Of a DNA stretch of 64,000 bases, positions 1 to 12,800 are shown one piece after another. Location of the stretch: contig MU053379.1 of assembly GCA_013239625.1 (NCBI GenBank), positions 3,764,866-3,828,865 on the forward strand, written 5' to 3'. Position 1 is the stretch's first letter; each line of letters begins with the position of its first letter. The DNA comes from Lama guanicoe. Its lineage: Eukaryota. Made by a program: the position numbers and the translations under genes. The notes under the pieces were generated by a model. That model searched no databases, was not told the DNA's origin, and saw nothing but the letters and a program-made list of their open reading frames with translations.

Positions 1-89
1 CTTATTTTTCCTTAATTCAATTCATTTCTAGAGAACGATTAGGCCTATCCATTAGCTGATAAGATAAGAAAAACCTCTTTTCCTTGTGG

Positions 90-275
90 AAATATTAAAA
101 CACATATGAAAATAGAGACAGCAGGACAGTGAACCCCCGCACAGCCATCAGGCAGCTTTATCACGCGTCCCCCGGGCTATTTTGAGCTAATCTCAGATAC
201 CTTTTCATCTGTAAATATTTTGCCATGTTTTTCTAATCCATAAGAAAACTTAAAAAAAAACCCACAATACCAAAC
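90..275 (-). mobile_element. L1MC4-like LINE-1 3' UTR fragment
   Basis: 'tattttgagctaatctcagatacc...ttcatctgtaaatattttgccatg...cccacaatacca' resembles the recalled antisense L1MC4 3' end; boundaries approximate. Confidence 0.6.
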
Positions 276-2205
276 TCAGGTACATTAATAGGTTCTTATT
301 CTTAGAGGTGAGCTCCTTGCGAGATGAGGCTGCGACGCCCTCGTCGGGAACGTGCCTGCTATTCCCAGACTCCTGCCCACAGAAGGCCCCCAGCTCCTTG
401 CGGGCGGCGGGCCACTCAGCTGAGTGACGCTCGGGTCGCGGCTGGCCGGGTTACCAGCCAGCCCTGCAGAAGCCGGCCGGGCCTTGTTGGTTTCTGACTC
501 GTCTCTGACAGACGGCCAGCACTCCGCCATTCCCGGACAGTCTCCCAACACAAGGCAGCAGTGAAGGGACCCAACTTTGAGGTTAGATTGGCGGGGACCT
601 CGACCTGCCAACACCAGCTCCAGCTGTTTACCTTTTCCAGGCCCAGTTTTCTCGCTGGAAGAACGGAGCTCACATTCACGTACGTCTGCCTCGCAGGGCT
701 CTGTGTGGACCACGTGAGGCAGAGAAACACAAGGCAGCGCTGGGGACCCAGTGAGGGCTCTGTAAATATTCTCTGCTCTGGTTTTCATGCCTGCAAAGTC
801 CTAATTTCCTCCTTTTTCAATTTAAAGGCTGGAAGAAGATTGAGAATGACAACAGGCAAATCATAAAATGACACGGGACCGTTTAGAAAAGTGGGAGGTA
901 TTTATGTCTGAAGTCAGCGCTGTACAAACATCCATGCGAGCCAGCGACCTTGTATGTTCTCCAAGCATTTCGCGGAAGCACAGGGGATCCTGCTGGGACG
1001 TGGTCTCGCCAAAGCCCCTTGAGTCCCAGGACGGTTTTTGCTAAAGCTCTTTTCTCTGTGGCCCCAGACGCGCTCCGCCAGAAAGCTGCCTCCGAGTAAT
1101 CTCTCTGATCAGGCCACCGAGTGTCACCCCAGAGAAACGGCACCCAGAGCGGAGCCTCCAACTCGCAGCAGCTCTCCTTGTGTCTCTGGCTCCGACCAGA
1201 GAAGCTTTCATTGCGAACGTGGGAGGAAGGCAGAGCTCTGCAGAAACCACACTTGAGTCCGCGGCAGGGTGGAAGGGGCAGCAGCCATCGGGCCCGTTTC
1301 CAGATTTCCCTCTGGCCCGGATCATCTGGATTTACATTCAACCACTGGGACAGTTCATCCAAAAGCTGTTAAGACGACTTGGGTTTCACACAGAGCTATA
1401 AAAACACTGTCCGAGGCCTGATGGCTGTATTTCCCATGGAGCCTTGTTGTGGGGGGGGGTGCGGCACACTTGCATCCCAGTCGTGGAGCTGTGGGGGGCC
1501 CTGATGGAAAAATACCCAAGTCTTTCCACCACGAGAGGAGAGTGACCAAGGACAGCCCCCTCCTCCCCCCACATTCACCCAAAAGTTCTTCTGCCGTCGA
1601 GTCACCAGTAGGTTCTCAATGTGAGAGATAAGGAACAATCTCTCTTCAAATGCGGGCAGAACCCTTCTGTTCACAGGAGACACCAGGTGAAGCCCGTTGA
1701 TAAAGCCACGGATGGAGCTGAGGACATGGCAGGCTCCTTCCATCAGAGACCAAGCAATTCCTGCCATCCTCAGCTTCTGGCCAGGGGATCGGTCAGACGC
1801 CAGCTACATGACGCTGTGCAACACACCTTACTGAGGTCGCGGCAACCTGAACAAAAAGGATGAGTTTCTTCTTCATCGTGGGACCGCAGGTCTGTGAGAG
1901 GAGCTCGGCTTTGAGCCGGTGGGCTCAGGTGCCTCCGTCTGCCTCTGTCCTGGGACCGGGGCTGCCCCAGGGCACAGTCCCCTCCCGGTTGCTGTGGAAG
2001 CTGAAGAAGGGTGTGGAGGAACATGTGCTGTCTGCTGGGAGCCGGGCTCTGGACCGCAGACGTCGGTCAAGCCCGCCCCGGCTGGGTGAGGAGGTGAAGC
2101 CCGCTCACCTAGTGAGGCTGGGGAGGACGCCGGGGTTGGAAGTGGGGCTGACCAAGCAGGAGGGTCAAGGTGAAGCTGACTTTCCTGGAAGCTTGGGTGG
2201 CCTTG

Positions 2206-2245
2206 CCCAGCCCAGCCCAGCCCAGCCCAGCCCAGCCCAGCCCAG
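2206..2245. repeat. (CCCAG)8 pentanucleotide microsatellite
   Basis: Eight perfect CCCAG units read directly. Confidence 0.97.
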
Positions 2246-4299
2246 CGGCCCACCTTGGAGGCATGCCAGTTCACACAGCCTGAGCTGCAGCCTTTAAGAC
2301 TCTGAAAAACTTCCTCGGGAAATGGCAGTGCTCTGTGCACCTCCCCACTCCCATCCCAGGGTGGAAACAGTGCCCTCCGGCTCCGCCACACAGCTCTCAT
2401 GGGGAGGTGGCGCTCCTACTTCCCAGATGAGACAGTGGGGACTCGGGGAACCCCCCCGCCCAGCAGAGGCCCACAGCAATCGACAGCTGGGTCAGGAGTC
2501 CCGCTGCCACCAGAGTTTGAGCCCAAAGTCTTTGCTCTTCCCACCACATGGCTTATGGATAGTGGAGCATCCGTTTTGGGGGAATGTGGTACTCCCGGAA
2601 TCTCAGCCTCAGCAGTGTCCTCTCACCTAACATAGCTGAAATTTCATGTGCTAATTTCTTTGTTATCTCCTTTAGGCAAGAGCTGTGTCTTCTAAGAATT
2701 TTAATTCTCCAAAGTAATTGGCATGGTACTGGATGATAGTAGATACTCCAAAAATTATTGTTTTTAAAAAAGAAATGCTAGCACAGCACCCCCTCCCCTG
2801 CATCACAGACCCAAACAGGGTGGTGCTTGAGATGAGCTGCTGCTTGGTTGTCAGAGGGCCTTTGGACTGCCCACATCCGCGTCCTCTTCTTGGGCTGTGA
2901 ACGTCAAAGGGTGGAGGATCATGGGGAAACTTAGGTTCAGAATCACATTCGAAGAAAGGCAAGCATCCAATCAGGTCTCTGTTCACAACAAACACATTCC
3001 TTGACTTTACCTCCTCTGGTTAAGATTTCACTGACCCTTTCTAAGGTCCCAGTTTCCACTTAATCTCTGTGCCAGTCCAGGTAGCAGGCCTGAGTCCCTA
3101 GCCTTCCCCTTCCTCCCAGTGGTCACCCTTTGAAGTCCCCGGGAAAGCCCGCACAGAAGGAAGCCATCAGGAGCAACCTCTCCCACCCATCATAAATTAG
3201 AATGCCAAGAGGGCCCTTTCAGCGCCGCAGCCGCTCGCGCTGACTGCTGGCAGGGCCTTCCCACTGATGACGGGTCCCCAGAGAGTCCTCTCTGCACAGC
3301 TCATTGCTGGTGGCAGCAATATTACCGTTTGGACTTCTGAAATGATTTTCATAGAGCGCACGGCTGCCCGAGGCAGGGACTCTGGAGGCGGCATTTCAGC
3401 CGCCGCCGCCCCCCAGCCTCCGCCCCCAGCCTGCCCCTCCTCTGCCCAGGAGGGGCTGGGGGCCAGCTTGGGGGTCGGGGGTGAGGCTCGGTGCTTTTCT
3501 CCCTTGAACCAGGAACCTCACAACCTAGGTGCAGGCTCACACCTCTAGAGCCCTTTTCGACTTTGCCTTTGGTGCTGCGGTTCAGGGCTTGCATTTACTT
3601 CTAAATCTCAAAAGAAGCGTGTTGAGTTTTCTGAAAAGTGTGAAGTTGACATTTGTTATAATGATGAGCTGCGCTTCCTTAAGAATCTCACACGTCAGTG
3701 CACAGACATTATTTTAGATGAAATATGCTTCTGTGAATAGAAAAAACTTGTTTTTATAGCTCTCTGATTGGAGCAGGGTGGATTCCAGGATGTGGAACAC
3801 TAAGTAGGCATTTGGTCATCTCATTCCCGGGTTGAATGTGGACAGAGGGTGCTGGAAAGAAGCTACACTCAGAGAGTGGAAGTCTGGCGTCTAAACCCAA
3901 ACGTGCTTTGGGGAATTAGCTACTTCCTGAGTCTCAGTTTCCCCATTTGGAGAAAGTCTTTGAGACCAGCCTTGTGGGATGGAAGGCAGGGCTGGAGAGA
4001 AACACAGATGCTGGCGACAAAAAGTTCTTGTCAGAGGAAACAGAAAATCAAAGAACGTGAAGCCGGGCTAAGAACCAGGGGCCGAGCAGGGAGGCGGGCC
4101 AGTCGGTCACGAGGGCCCTACTACCTGGAATGGCTGGGGAGCAGAGACCTGACGTTCTCCGGCTGTGGTTTGGACAGGATCACTTAGGACCTCAAGGGGA
4201 GCAAGGCTGGGAAGTAGCAAGAAAGCTCTCGAGGCCGTTTTATGTAGATTTTGTCTACATCTCCCACGTGTGGAAAATCCTCTAGTTCCATCCATCCCA

Positions 4300-4600
4300 G
4301 TGGCCATGAACTGGGAAGCCAGCACATTCACGTGCTGAAGCCCTGGCCCCAGCGTGATGGTATTTAGATGCGGGGTCTTTGGGAGAGAATTGGGTCTGGA
4401 TGGGGTCTTGAGGGTGGAGCCCCTATGACGAGATTAGTGCCCTTTAAGAAGGGGAAGAGACACCAGAGCTCTCCCTCCATGCCTTGCGCGGCCACGGGGA
4501 GAAGGCGGCCGCTCACCAGCGCGGGAGCTGACCCAGCTGGCGCCCTCCTCCCGGCCTCCGGCCTCAGGGCGATGCTGGATACACGCTTCTTAACCACAAC
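4300..4600 (+). mobile_element. MLT1A-like MaLR LTR
   Basis: Diagnostic 'gtgatggtatttagatgcggggtctttgggag...gagggtggagcccctatgacgagattagtgccctttaagaag...gagacaccagagctc'. Confidence 0.8.
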
Positions 4601-6609
4601 CGCCCGTTTCCTCGCTTCACCCCAGGTTAATCAACTTGTTTCAAAACCCACCAATGTTCAGGGCTTTCCGAGAACTTATGACATGTGCCATTGAACTTCT
4701 GACAGGCAACGTCTAGTTTTAAACCTTAGTTAAGAGGAAAAATGTTGCTGTTCTGTGGCCAACAGATAATTGGTATACATGAGCGAGTTTGCCTTTGAAT
4801 ATATATGTTATTTCAATATATATTCATATCATTTCATAAAATGAATTTTATTTTTTGAATATATATGTGTATGATTTCATGAATGGCTCTTTATTTGATT
4901 TTTAAAGTACTGAGAACATTGCAAAAAAACCCCGATTTAACCGATTTTTCAGGATCACGAAGAGGCTAAAGGAACTTTGCTTTTCAAGCCCAATGGCTGT
5001 CTGAGACAGTTTAGACACTTTCCCTGTTACTTTCCTGATGTCCCTTTGAGGTAAGAAGGTGGACACTGCAATTTCTTCTTTTCTACTGAATATAAAACGA
5101 AACAAAAAGTGTGGCACATTGCCTTTGTGACCCAGATTCCGCGTGGATGCTGCCCTGACAGCAGAGGGAACCATCTAAGGGTGGACCACATGGCACTTTG
5201 CGACCCTTTCACCGTGTGGGCTGAGCTCTTCTTGGATACTGTGAGATGCAATCTATTATTTATTAACGTTAACCTTCTAAAATGGTTTCTTAGTGTTCTA
5301 GGAACAAAAAGGTTATTGTATTAATTAAAAAGCGGACAGAAAACCTCATTGTGTCCCAGCAGGAACCTTTAACCCTGGTTGTGGATATTCTGCAGTGTCA
5401 ATCTGAAATTTTGTCTTGGGCTAGATGTATATGAACAAGAAAATAAAGAAAAAATGGAAAGCCAACGAATGGCCAGAAAAAGGGAAATGCAGGAGACAGA
5501 GTTACTTGGCATTGCACAGGGTTCCAGAAACACTGGTTTTAGATGCAGAAGTGCACGGCCCCCAACTGAAACTGATTTGCGTGTGGAGCTTTACTGCTGA
5601 TAACGGTCCACACAATCTGCTCAAGTATCTGAAGCTGTAGATGCGTTTGCTCTGTTTTCAACAGGCATAACTTATTTGCAGATGGTTAAAAAATACCAGA
5701 AAAATTGCAAGAATGCTCCTTTTTAGTTCTGCAGATACTGCGTCCTTTTAAAGCATCAAGGATGCTTAATTTAAATTTTTGGAAGAATAGAGGAGGCCTG
5801 AAGATTTCTGAACTCGCACAAATGCAGACCACAGCGGGGCGGGTCAGCCTTAGGACAACGGTGGCCTGTGTGCCAAGTCAGTGCAAGAGCTGTTCTTTTT
5901 TGAACAAAAACAACAACAAAACCCTTCCAAACTGAAAGGGGAGGGACTGGAAACTTTGCCTTTTTTTTTTTTTTAACTAATGTGAGGTTGGAAACATAGT
6001 GGTTTTCAAGTGAATTGGCCATGACCACACCGACACTTGGATGTGATTGGAGCCAGGGCTGTAGGCAGACGTGAGTTTGGCATCTGAGAGCCCATGTTCA
6101 AAACCTTTTCCCCTTCCTCCTCCCAGCACACTGGGGCTGGCCTTGCCGGGGCACTGCAAACTGATCACAGACACACGTTACCTAAAACACACTGTCTGGC
6201 TTAGTATGGGGTCTGTGAACTTAGGTTCTGATTTATAAAACGCAATGTTTACCCAGGTTATGTGGCAAGTGCTGAGAAATGTACACTTGCCAGACAGCTG
6301 TCAAAGAAGCTGGCTTCTCCCGTGAAGAGTTCATTAGCCCCAGGCCCACTGACTGAATGAGGAATTCTGTCTTGCCTGGGAGGAAACATAATACCCAAAT
6401 GTGGGGCTTCAAAGTGAGGAATGAGGAGGGAGACAGGATCATGAGAAAGCCGAGGTTTCTTGCTAGGACCCAAGGACTAGCTCATGCATCCCCAGGGATG
6501 TGCTGCAATTTGTCATTATCTGTTTACTTTGCTTGTTTAGGCGTGTATATCTATCTGTTCATCTCATCTCAAAAAGACTGGGAAGCTGCAACAGTGATAT
6601 GCTATCTTT

Positions 6610-6970
6610 CTAAGCTAATTTCTTTAATATGCAAAGAGCTCTTATAAATCAATGACATAAATGTTCCCAAAGCATATGAACATGGAAAAAAATACAAGTG
6701 GCTTTTAAAAGATTTTCACTTACCAGTTGGGCAGAGATCTAAACTCTGAAAATAGGCTAAAGGTACTCTGTGATAAGACACAGTGCTGGTGAGATTGGGG
6801 GAAAAATGGGTGCTTCCATACACTGCTAGCTGGAGTGCAAACTTGTACAAGCTTTTGGGGAAAACAATCAGGCAATATCTTCCCAAATTTAAAATATGTG
6901 AGTTTCCTTGTGCCAGAAATTCCACTGGAATGCTTCCAGCAGGTAAGACTCACATGCACATGTGGTACAG
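6610..6970 (+). mobile_element. Ancient L1M (L1ME-like) ORF2/3' fragment
   Basis: 'aaagagctcttataaatcaatga' and 'cagtgctggtgagattgggggaaaaatgggtgcttccatacactgctagctggagtgcaaacttgtacaagcttttgggg' are typical degenerate L1 ORF2 3' sequence. Confidence 0.75.
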
Positions 6971-8699
6971 CAGCTACTTCTGGGGTGAGGAAACGGGTGG
7001 ATGGAAGCCGGCGTAGGAGAGAAACTATTTTATTTTCAGCCTGCTATATTGTTTAAGTTTCCTAAATATGTTCCTGTATCACTTAGGCACAGAAAGAAAT
7101 TTTAAAAGTGTATTTGTTGAATGACCATCAAGTCCCCAAAATAGGAAAAAAAAAAAAAGGAAATGACCTACAACAAGAACACAGAGGTAGAACTGAATGA
7201 CAAGAAGTGACACAAAGGCTGAAGGGAATTTAAGGGCCGGAACACTGCGCAGTGGCCAGAGAGGAGCCTGCGTCGCGCACGTTGCCTGAGGTGAGCTGGA
7301 AGATTCCAGCAGCCGCTGTGGCGTGCAGGGTCTGCAAGGTGAACAGTGTCACTTGCCGGAAGCATGTCCATCTAGGACCTGAGATCAGAGAGGAGTGTCT
7401 CCCGTGGGCTCTCACGGAGGAGGAGTAAAACATGATGTCCCACAGCCCCAGCCCAGGGCAAAGCCAACCACATGCTTCAGTAACAGCCCTCCTCCTGGCA
7501 GACTGGGTTACTGGCTGGATTCTTGTTTCCTCTTTGTAACGGAGTTTTCCATCCGTGCTCCTGGCCTGAGGACTTAGTGGCACCTCCCTCTAGAGTGGGC
7601 ACAGGGCACTAGCCACCCTACTCTCTCACTCTGTCCCTCGTGGAACTCCCTTTGCCAGTGAAACAGGGGCAGCGATGGTGTGAACTGTGTCTATACAGCG
7701 TGGTTCAGCTCAGCCTCCGAGCCTCGGCCTCCACTGTGAGGAGAGGAGGCCCCAGGCAGCTGCTGCTCTGTCAGCCTGTCTCTGGGTGGAGGCCCGTGGG
7801 GCAGCCTGGGGCCGTCAGGGAAGCCTGGAGCCCAACCCGGGTCAGCTGAACAGGCTCTGGGCTGCACATCCGTGTGCAGGAAACACATGTTTGCGCGGGT
7901 GAGCCAGTGAGACGTGGGGGCTGCCTGTGGCTCAGCGTTCTGCACAGACCCCCCGGCTGGCGTATCCCTGGAGACGGGATGAAAAGGTTTTTTTCTCCTT
8001 TTCTGGGGAATTAGTAGTCATTTATGCATTCAACAAAGTACGATGAGAAGGAAGCTTCTCAACTGCTGGAGATGGTGAGAGCTGGCAGGTCCTCTCATAA
8101 AAGGATATAAACTTCCCCTAAGACCGTGGCCCTGCCTGGGGCTCCGTGACAGCACCGCTAGCTAGCGGGGGACGCCACTAGGTCAGTGCTCTGTGAGTCA
8201 GCTGCGAAGCAATTTGTTTTATCGCAAGAAACAGCTCCTCCGCCGCAATCTGGAAGACGCTGCGCCGCTGCCCCTGGGCGCTCGTTGGGAAGATGTGTGG
8301 AAACTGGGAGGCACGGCAACGTGCATGTGTGTGCGCGCGCGTGTGTGTGTGTCCTGGGGGGGTACCTGGGACCAGGCATTCTCTTCACCACCTCTCCAGG
8401 CCAGTCTGCCAAGAATCTCGGTGCTAAAAGTGTGTGAAGTTCAAGGATCGGAGCGCAAGCCCTGTCGGGCTCTCCTCCACCCGCTCCAGGCCGACTCTGG
8501 TCCCCAGGGGTGAAGCGGGTGGTGCTTCAGCTCCAGTCCAGGGTGTGAGCTGAAGGGGGAGTCTGGACGTATTCGTCTCAAGAGGGACCACGAGACCCCT
8601 GGAAGCGCAGCCAGAATCCGATCAGATTGGCTCAAAATAAAGTCTTGGGCAGCATTTTGGCATATTTTCTGTAACTTTTTTTTAGGCTAGAGAAAAAGA

Positions 8700-9400
8700 G
8701 AACGCTCTCCGGATCCTCAGCGGCGTCTGGCCTCCTGCCAGACCCGTCAGAGAACGAAGGGATGCGCCTCGACGGCCGCGGGGCCCTCCGCTTACCGGGA
8801 GGCGTGAGGCCGGGAAGCAGAGTCAACACCGTCGCCTGTGAAAGGCCCTTGAACGCGCGATCAGCCCCCCCGGGCGGGCGCGGGGCGGGGCGGGGGGCTG
8901 CCCGCCGCGGGCCCGGACCACGCCCTCGCCGCTCCCGGTCCCGAGGCTTTTCAGCCCCCCCCGCGGCACCCCCAGATGTTTGCCGTTTAGCCGTTTATTC
9001 GTGTCTCCTCGCTAAGCCGATGCGCGTCGCTGTCTCCCGCAGACTCTGCGTGTGGCTGCCGCGGGCTCCTCGCGCTTTCCGCTCGGCGGCAGGGGTGGGA
9101 CCCGCCTTGCCGCCCTCGGCCGCCGCGGTGCTCGTGTCCGGGCGCGAGCCGAGGAGGCAGGGTTTGTAGGTCCAGAGGCCACGGCGTTTTATCCTCCCTC
9201 CACTCCCTCCGCAGTCCAGGCCCCGGGTGTCTGCTTTCTGCTGAGAGGCTGCCTCCCCCAGGCTGGGCACCGCCCACGTCCCCCGCACCCACCCTTCTCT
9301 CTCCCCCGCGGCCCCTTCGCACCTGAGCGGCTTCCTGCTGGTCCCACCTCTGCCAGGTCTCCCGCGACCCGCCATCACACGTCTGCTCAGGCCTTGACTC
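8700..9400. promoter_or_regulatory. CpG island / candidate promoter
   Basis: Dense CpG, stacked GC boxes 'ggggcggggcgggggg' at 8882-8897, ATTGG (CCAAT reverse) at 8626-8630; no downstream coding exon recognised. Confidence 0.6.
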
Positions 9401-10059
9401 CCCTGGAACAAACGCACGTTTTCTGCTCGGCCTCCCCCACCCAGGGCTCTCCCCGACGCGAGCTGCTTCTGTGTCTGAGTGCTCGTCTTGGGCGCTGTCA
9501 CCTTTTTGCCCCCAAACCTTCAGAGACTCCCCAGTGCCCTCCGGGCTGGCGTCCCAGACCCTCCACAAAACACCCTGGTCTCCCGTTCCAGCCCCAGCTC
9601 CTCACCGTGCTTCAGCCGGACTCGGACACTGCTTGGTGCCAACACACGGGACTGCCCGTTTGTAGGAAGCCAGGGGGAGCCCAAGAAAAGGCAGGGAAGG
9701 CGGACGAACCATCTTGAGTTTTCTTCTTCAGCTGATCCAGTTAGAAATCACTGCTCTGCTTGCTCACGCGTTGTTTCGGTTTCTCTAAACGGGAGGGCTG
9801 TTCGGACGGAGGGAAAGTGGCTGGTTTCCCTGGGGTCGTGTCCTGGGGCGGGACTTCTCCCTCGCTCTGCTAGCTTCGTCCGGCGACTCAGGCTGCCCTC
9901 CTGACCAGGTCTTCTGAATCTCAGGCCCACCTTCAGCCCCAGTTTGAAGCTTGAGGGCCTCTATTATTCAGGATGGAGGGTCTCTCTCTGGACGTTGCTG
10001 TAGGTGCGGACACATGCAGATTCTTCAGACGCTCATGGCACAGGATCCGTGACACAACA

Positions 10060-10404
10060 TGCAGACACGTGTGAATTGTATATATAAATGGAGGGGAGAC
10101 ATTGAAAGATGGGCTCACACAGCTGTGGAGCAGCACAGGTCTGAGATGTGCTGGTACGGCTGGTAGGTGTGGGCTTGGGTGGGGACAGGATTCCTTCATT
10201 TTCGGGGAGGGGAACTCTGCCTTCTCTCTCAAGGCCTTCACTTGATTAGGTGAGGCCCATTCACGTTACGGCAGATAATCTGCTTTCTTCAGAGTCTGCT
10301 CACTTCAATGCTTGTCACATCTTCACAGCAGCGTCTAGACTGGTGTCTGCCCAGCAACTGACTACCACGGCCTGGCCAAGCTGAGACGTAGCAGTAACCC
10401 TCCC
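10060..10404 (-). mobile_element. MLT2 (MLT2D-like) ERVL LTR
   Basis: 'aaggccttcacttgattaggtgaggcccattcacgttacggcagataatctgctttc...cttcacagcagcgtctagactggtgt...cctggccaagctgagac...taaccctcc' matches recalled antisense MLT2. Confidence 0.8.
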
Positions 10405-11559
10405 TGGGTCAGCTCCACCTTAGCCCAGGCCCAGCTTTGGGCCAGTATTCCAGCCCCCTGCTCGTCCAGGTCGGGAGCGGGAGAGAAATTAGGGTCTTGC
10501 CCAGTGCAGATTCTTGTTAAATGATGAAAACCATTGTCATTCCTGCGGGGCTAGCTGCTTGCCACTTGGTTTGTCAAGTAAATAAATGAAGTGCATCTCC
10601 AGCAGACTGGCCTGCCGCATGGCAGAAGGCGTGGCTGCAATACGGCTCACTGGTGCAGGAAACGATTGGATTCCCTGGTTCCATATGGTCGTAAGCTCCC
10701 TTTGTGATACTAGAATATGAGTGTGTTAACTTTTTTATGTTTGTGTAGAGAGGAAGCATATGTGTCACATCTGGAGTTCCCAGAATATCAAGGAACCAAA
10801 TGTGTGTTCATATGATCATCTATGTATATACACACATACAACACACCCCTTTAAAATGGGAACAGCTTCAGTTGTAGCCCTTGGCTTTACTGAAGGATCT
10901 TGTGAGTGAATGAAACCGTGAGACAGCCCACGAGAGAGCAGCCAAGTAGGCTATAAACACAATCTGCATTGTTTTCCCAGCACCGTGTTTACTGGTTGTT
11001 TAGTGTCCCGGCCAGGTCCTGGCGAGGCACTGCTCCTGGACCCGCTCATCTGATGCTGTGAGGGAGCCTTTCCCATCAGCTGGGGACTCTGGACCAGCAA
11101 ATAAAGTGCACAGGCAAGACCTGAACTCACGTCTGCCTTCATCTAAAAGCGTGCGTTTCCCCCAGGACACCCCAGCTGCACCGCTGGCTCTCCGAGCACT
11201 TGGTAGCCAATTACTCACAAGGGTTTGTGAGGATGGTGCCCAATGTGTAGAGACCCCTTTGAAGATCTTCAGGCAAAATTCTGCTTAGCGGCTTCAAACT
11301 TGGGGACACAGACCCTGTGTAGTGACCAGAAGGGAATTCTTCCTCTCTTCTCCCCTTTTTTCTGCTTCAGGAACCGGTCTGCCCATTGAGGGGTCTTGGA
11401 GGAGACACCCCAGTCCCTCTGCTAGCGCCTTCTCTTACCGGCTTTTAGGAGAATCATTCTGCATGTCCTGAGGTGAATGGATCGGAGGGGATCAAGTCCG
11501 GAGACTGAGGAGGTAATGCTGGTGAGACACGGTGCAGACGGAGTGGATTCGAGATTCTT

Positions 11560-12480
11560 TCTGGCTGTGGGGCAGCTGGAGTCGAGTCTGGATGGGAAGA
11601 TGCTCAGCTCCCTCTGCATCTGTTGTGTTGGAGGCGCTGTGGGCATCGGGCGGAGCTGTGCAGGGAGGAGGGAGAGCCAGCCCGGAGACGGAGCTGGACA
11701 AGCCTGGTTCCGAACAGGTGCTCAATGGACACTGAAATTCACGGGTGGGAGGGCTGCTGGGACAGACGTGCAGGGTTGGAATGGGAAGTGGCAGGTTTGC
11801 ATCTGAAGGCTCTTTACCTGCTGAGAGGGGGATGTGGCTGGTTGTGTCTTAGGACTGAGCGAGAGGATTACTTCTGAACCAGCCAACTATTTAAAGGAAG
11901 TGAGTCAAGTAGAGGAAGAAGGGGACCCCCGGGCAGCACGGCCACCAGGCTGAGGCTGGATGCTGTGAATTAATACAGTGGTTCCAGCCCACTGGGGGTG
12001 ACTTTGTCAGTAGGGCCGCGGCCTGGGTTAGGCCCAGTTGGTGGCAGGTGGGCTGAATGGCAGCTGGGCTTTCCTGAGCCCTCACAGTGGAAGGAGCCAG
12101 TGTGACTGACGGAACGGAGCTGGAGGGACAGGCTGTAGGCCACACGGGCGGGGAGAGAGGTCCTGCTGGGGCTGAGGAAGCTGAAGGCTCAGTGAGGAGG
12201 AATAGAAGTGAAGTGGGTGCAGCCAGCGTGCAAATGGAGAGGAAAGGTGGTCTGGTGACAGGGAAAGCATGGAGGTGAATTTCAGCGGGTCTAGGATGAC
12301 AAGACACCGGGGAGCCAGCGAATGCGCGTCCAAGGCGAGATGGAGACGATGGCTGCTGGGGGTGGGCGTCCTGGGACCTGAGGGGGTGAGATGGGACTTG
12401 TGCACAGACGCAGTGTCACCAAGGGGATGCTGGCAGCGGGCAGAAGGAGCGACAGAGGGCTCAGCGACAGAGGGTTCTTC
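11560..12480 (-). mobile_element. Fragmented L2 LINE remnants
   Basis: Purine-rich L2-like pieces such as 'tgttggaggcgctgtgggcatcgggcggagctgtgcag' and 'gcagtgtcaccaaggggatgctggcag'; highly degenerate. Confidence 0.45.
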
Positions 12481-12559
12481 CTGCGGGGGCCATGCGTGGG
12501 CAGTGGGGGACCAGTGTGGGGCCGGGCAGACAGTGGGAGCTTCTCGTCCACCACTTTTG

Positions 12560-12800
12560 GGAGGGGTCCTGGAAGCAGACCTTGAGACAAGGATCCGGCT
12601 TATTCAGGGGATGTACCCAGGGGCACAGGGAGGAGCAGGGAGAGAAGTGACGGGTCTCCTAGTGAATGGGCTGCCCTGAGGCACCTGGGGCTCACGCATC
12701 ACTGGCTTTGTGCGGCTGTGGGGAGCCCACTGCCCGCCCCTGCCCTGCGCCGTTAGGTTAAGGTGCTCTGTTGGCAAGAGGACATTCCTGAGAAAAAGAA
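12560..12800 (-). mobile_element. LTR16-family (ERVL) LTR fragment
   Basis: 'ggaagcagaccttgagacaaggat...cttattcaggggatgtacccaggg' resembles the antisense LTR16 terminus. Confidence 0.55.

Noticed and set aside
2206..2245. Immunoglobulin switch region
   Set aside because: Only 40 bp, no GAGCT arrays and no constant-region exons in the window
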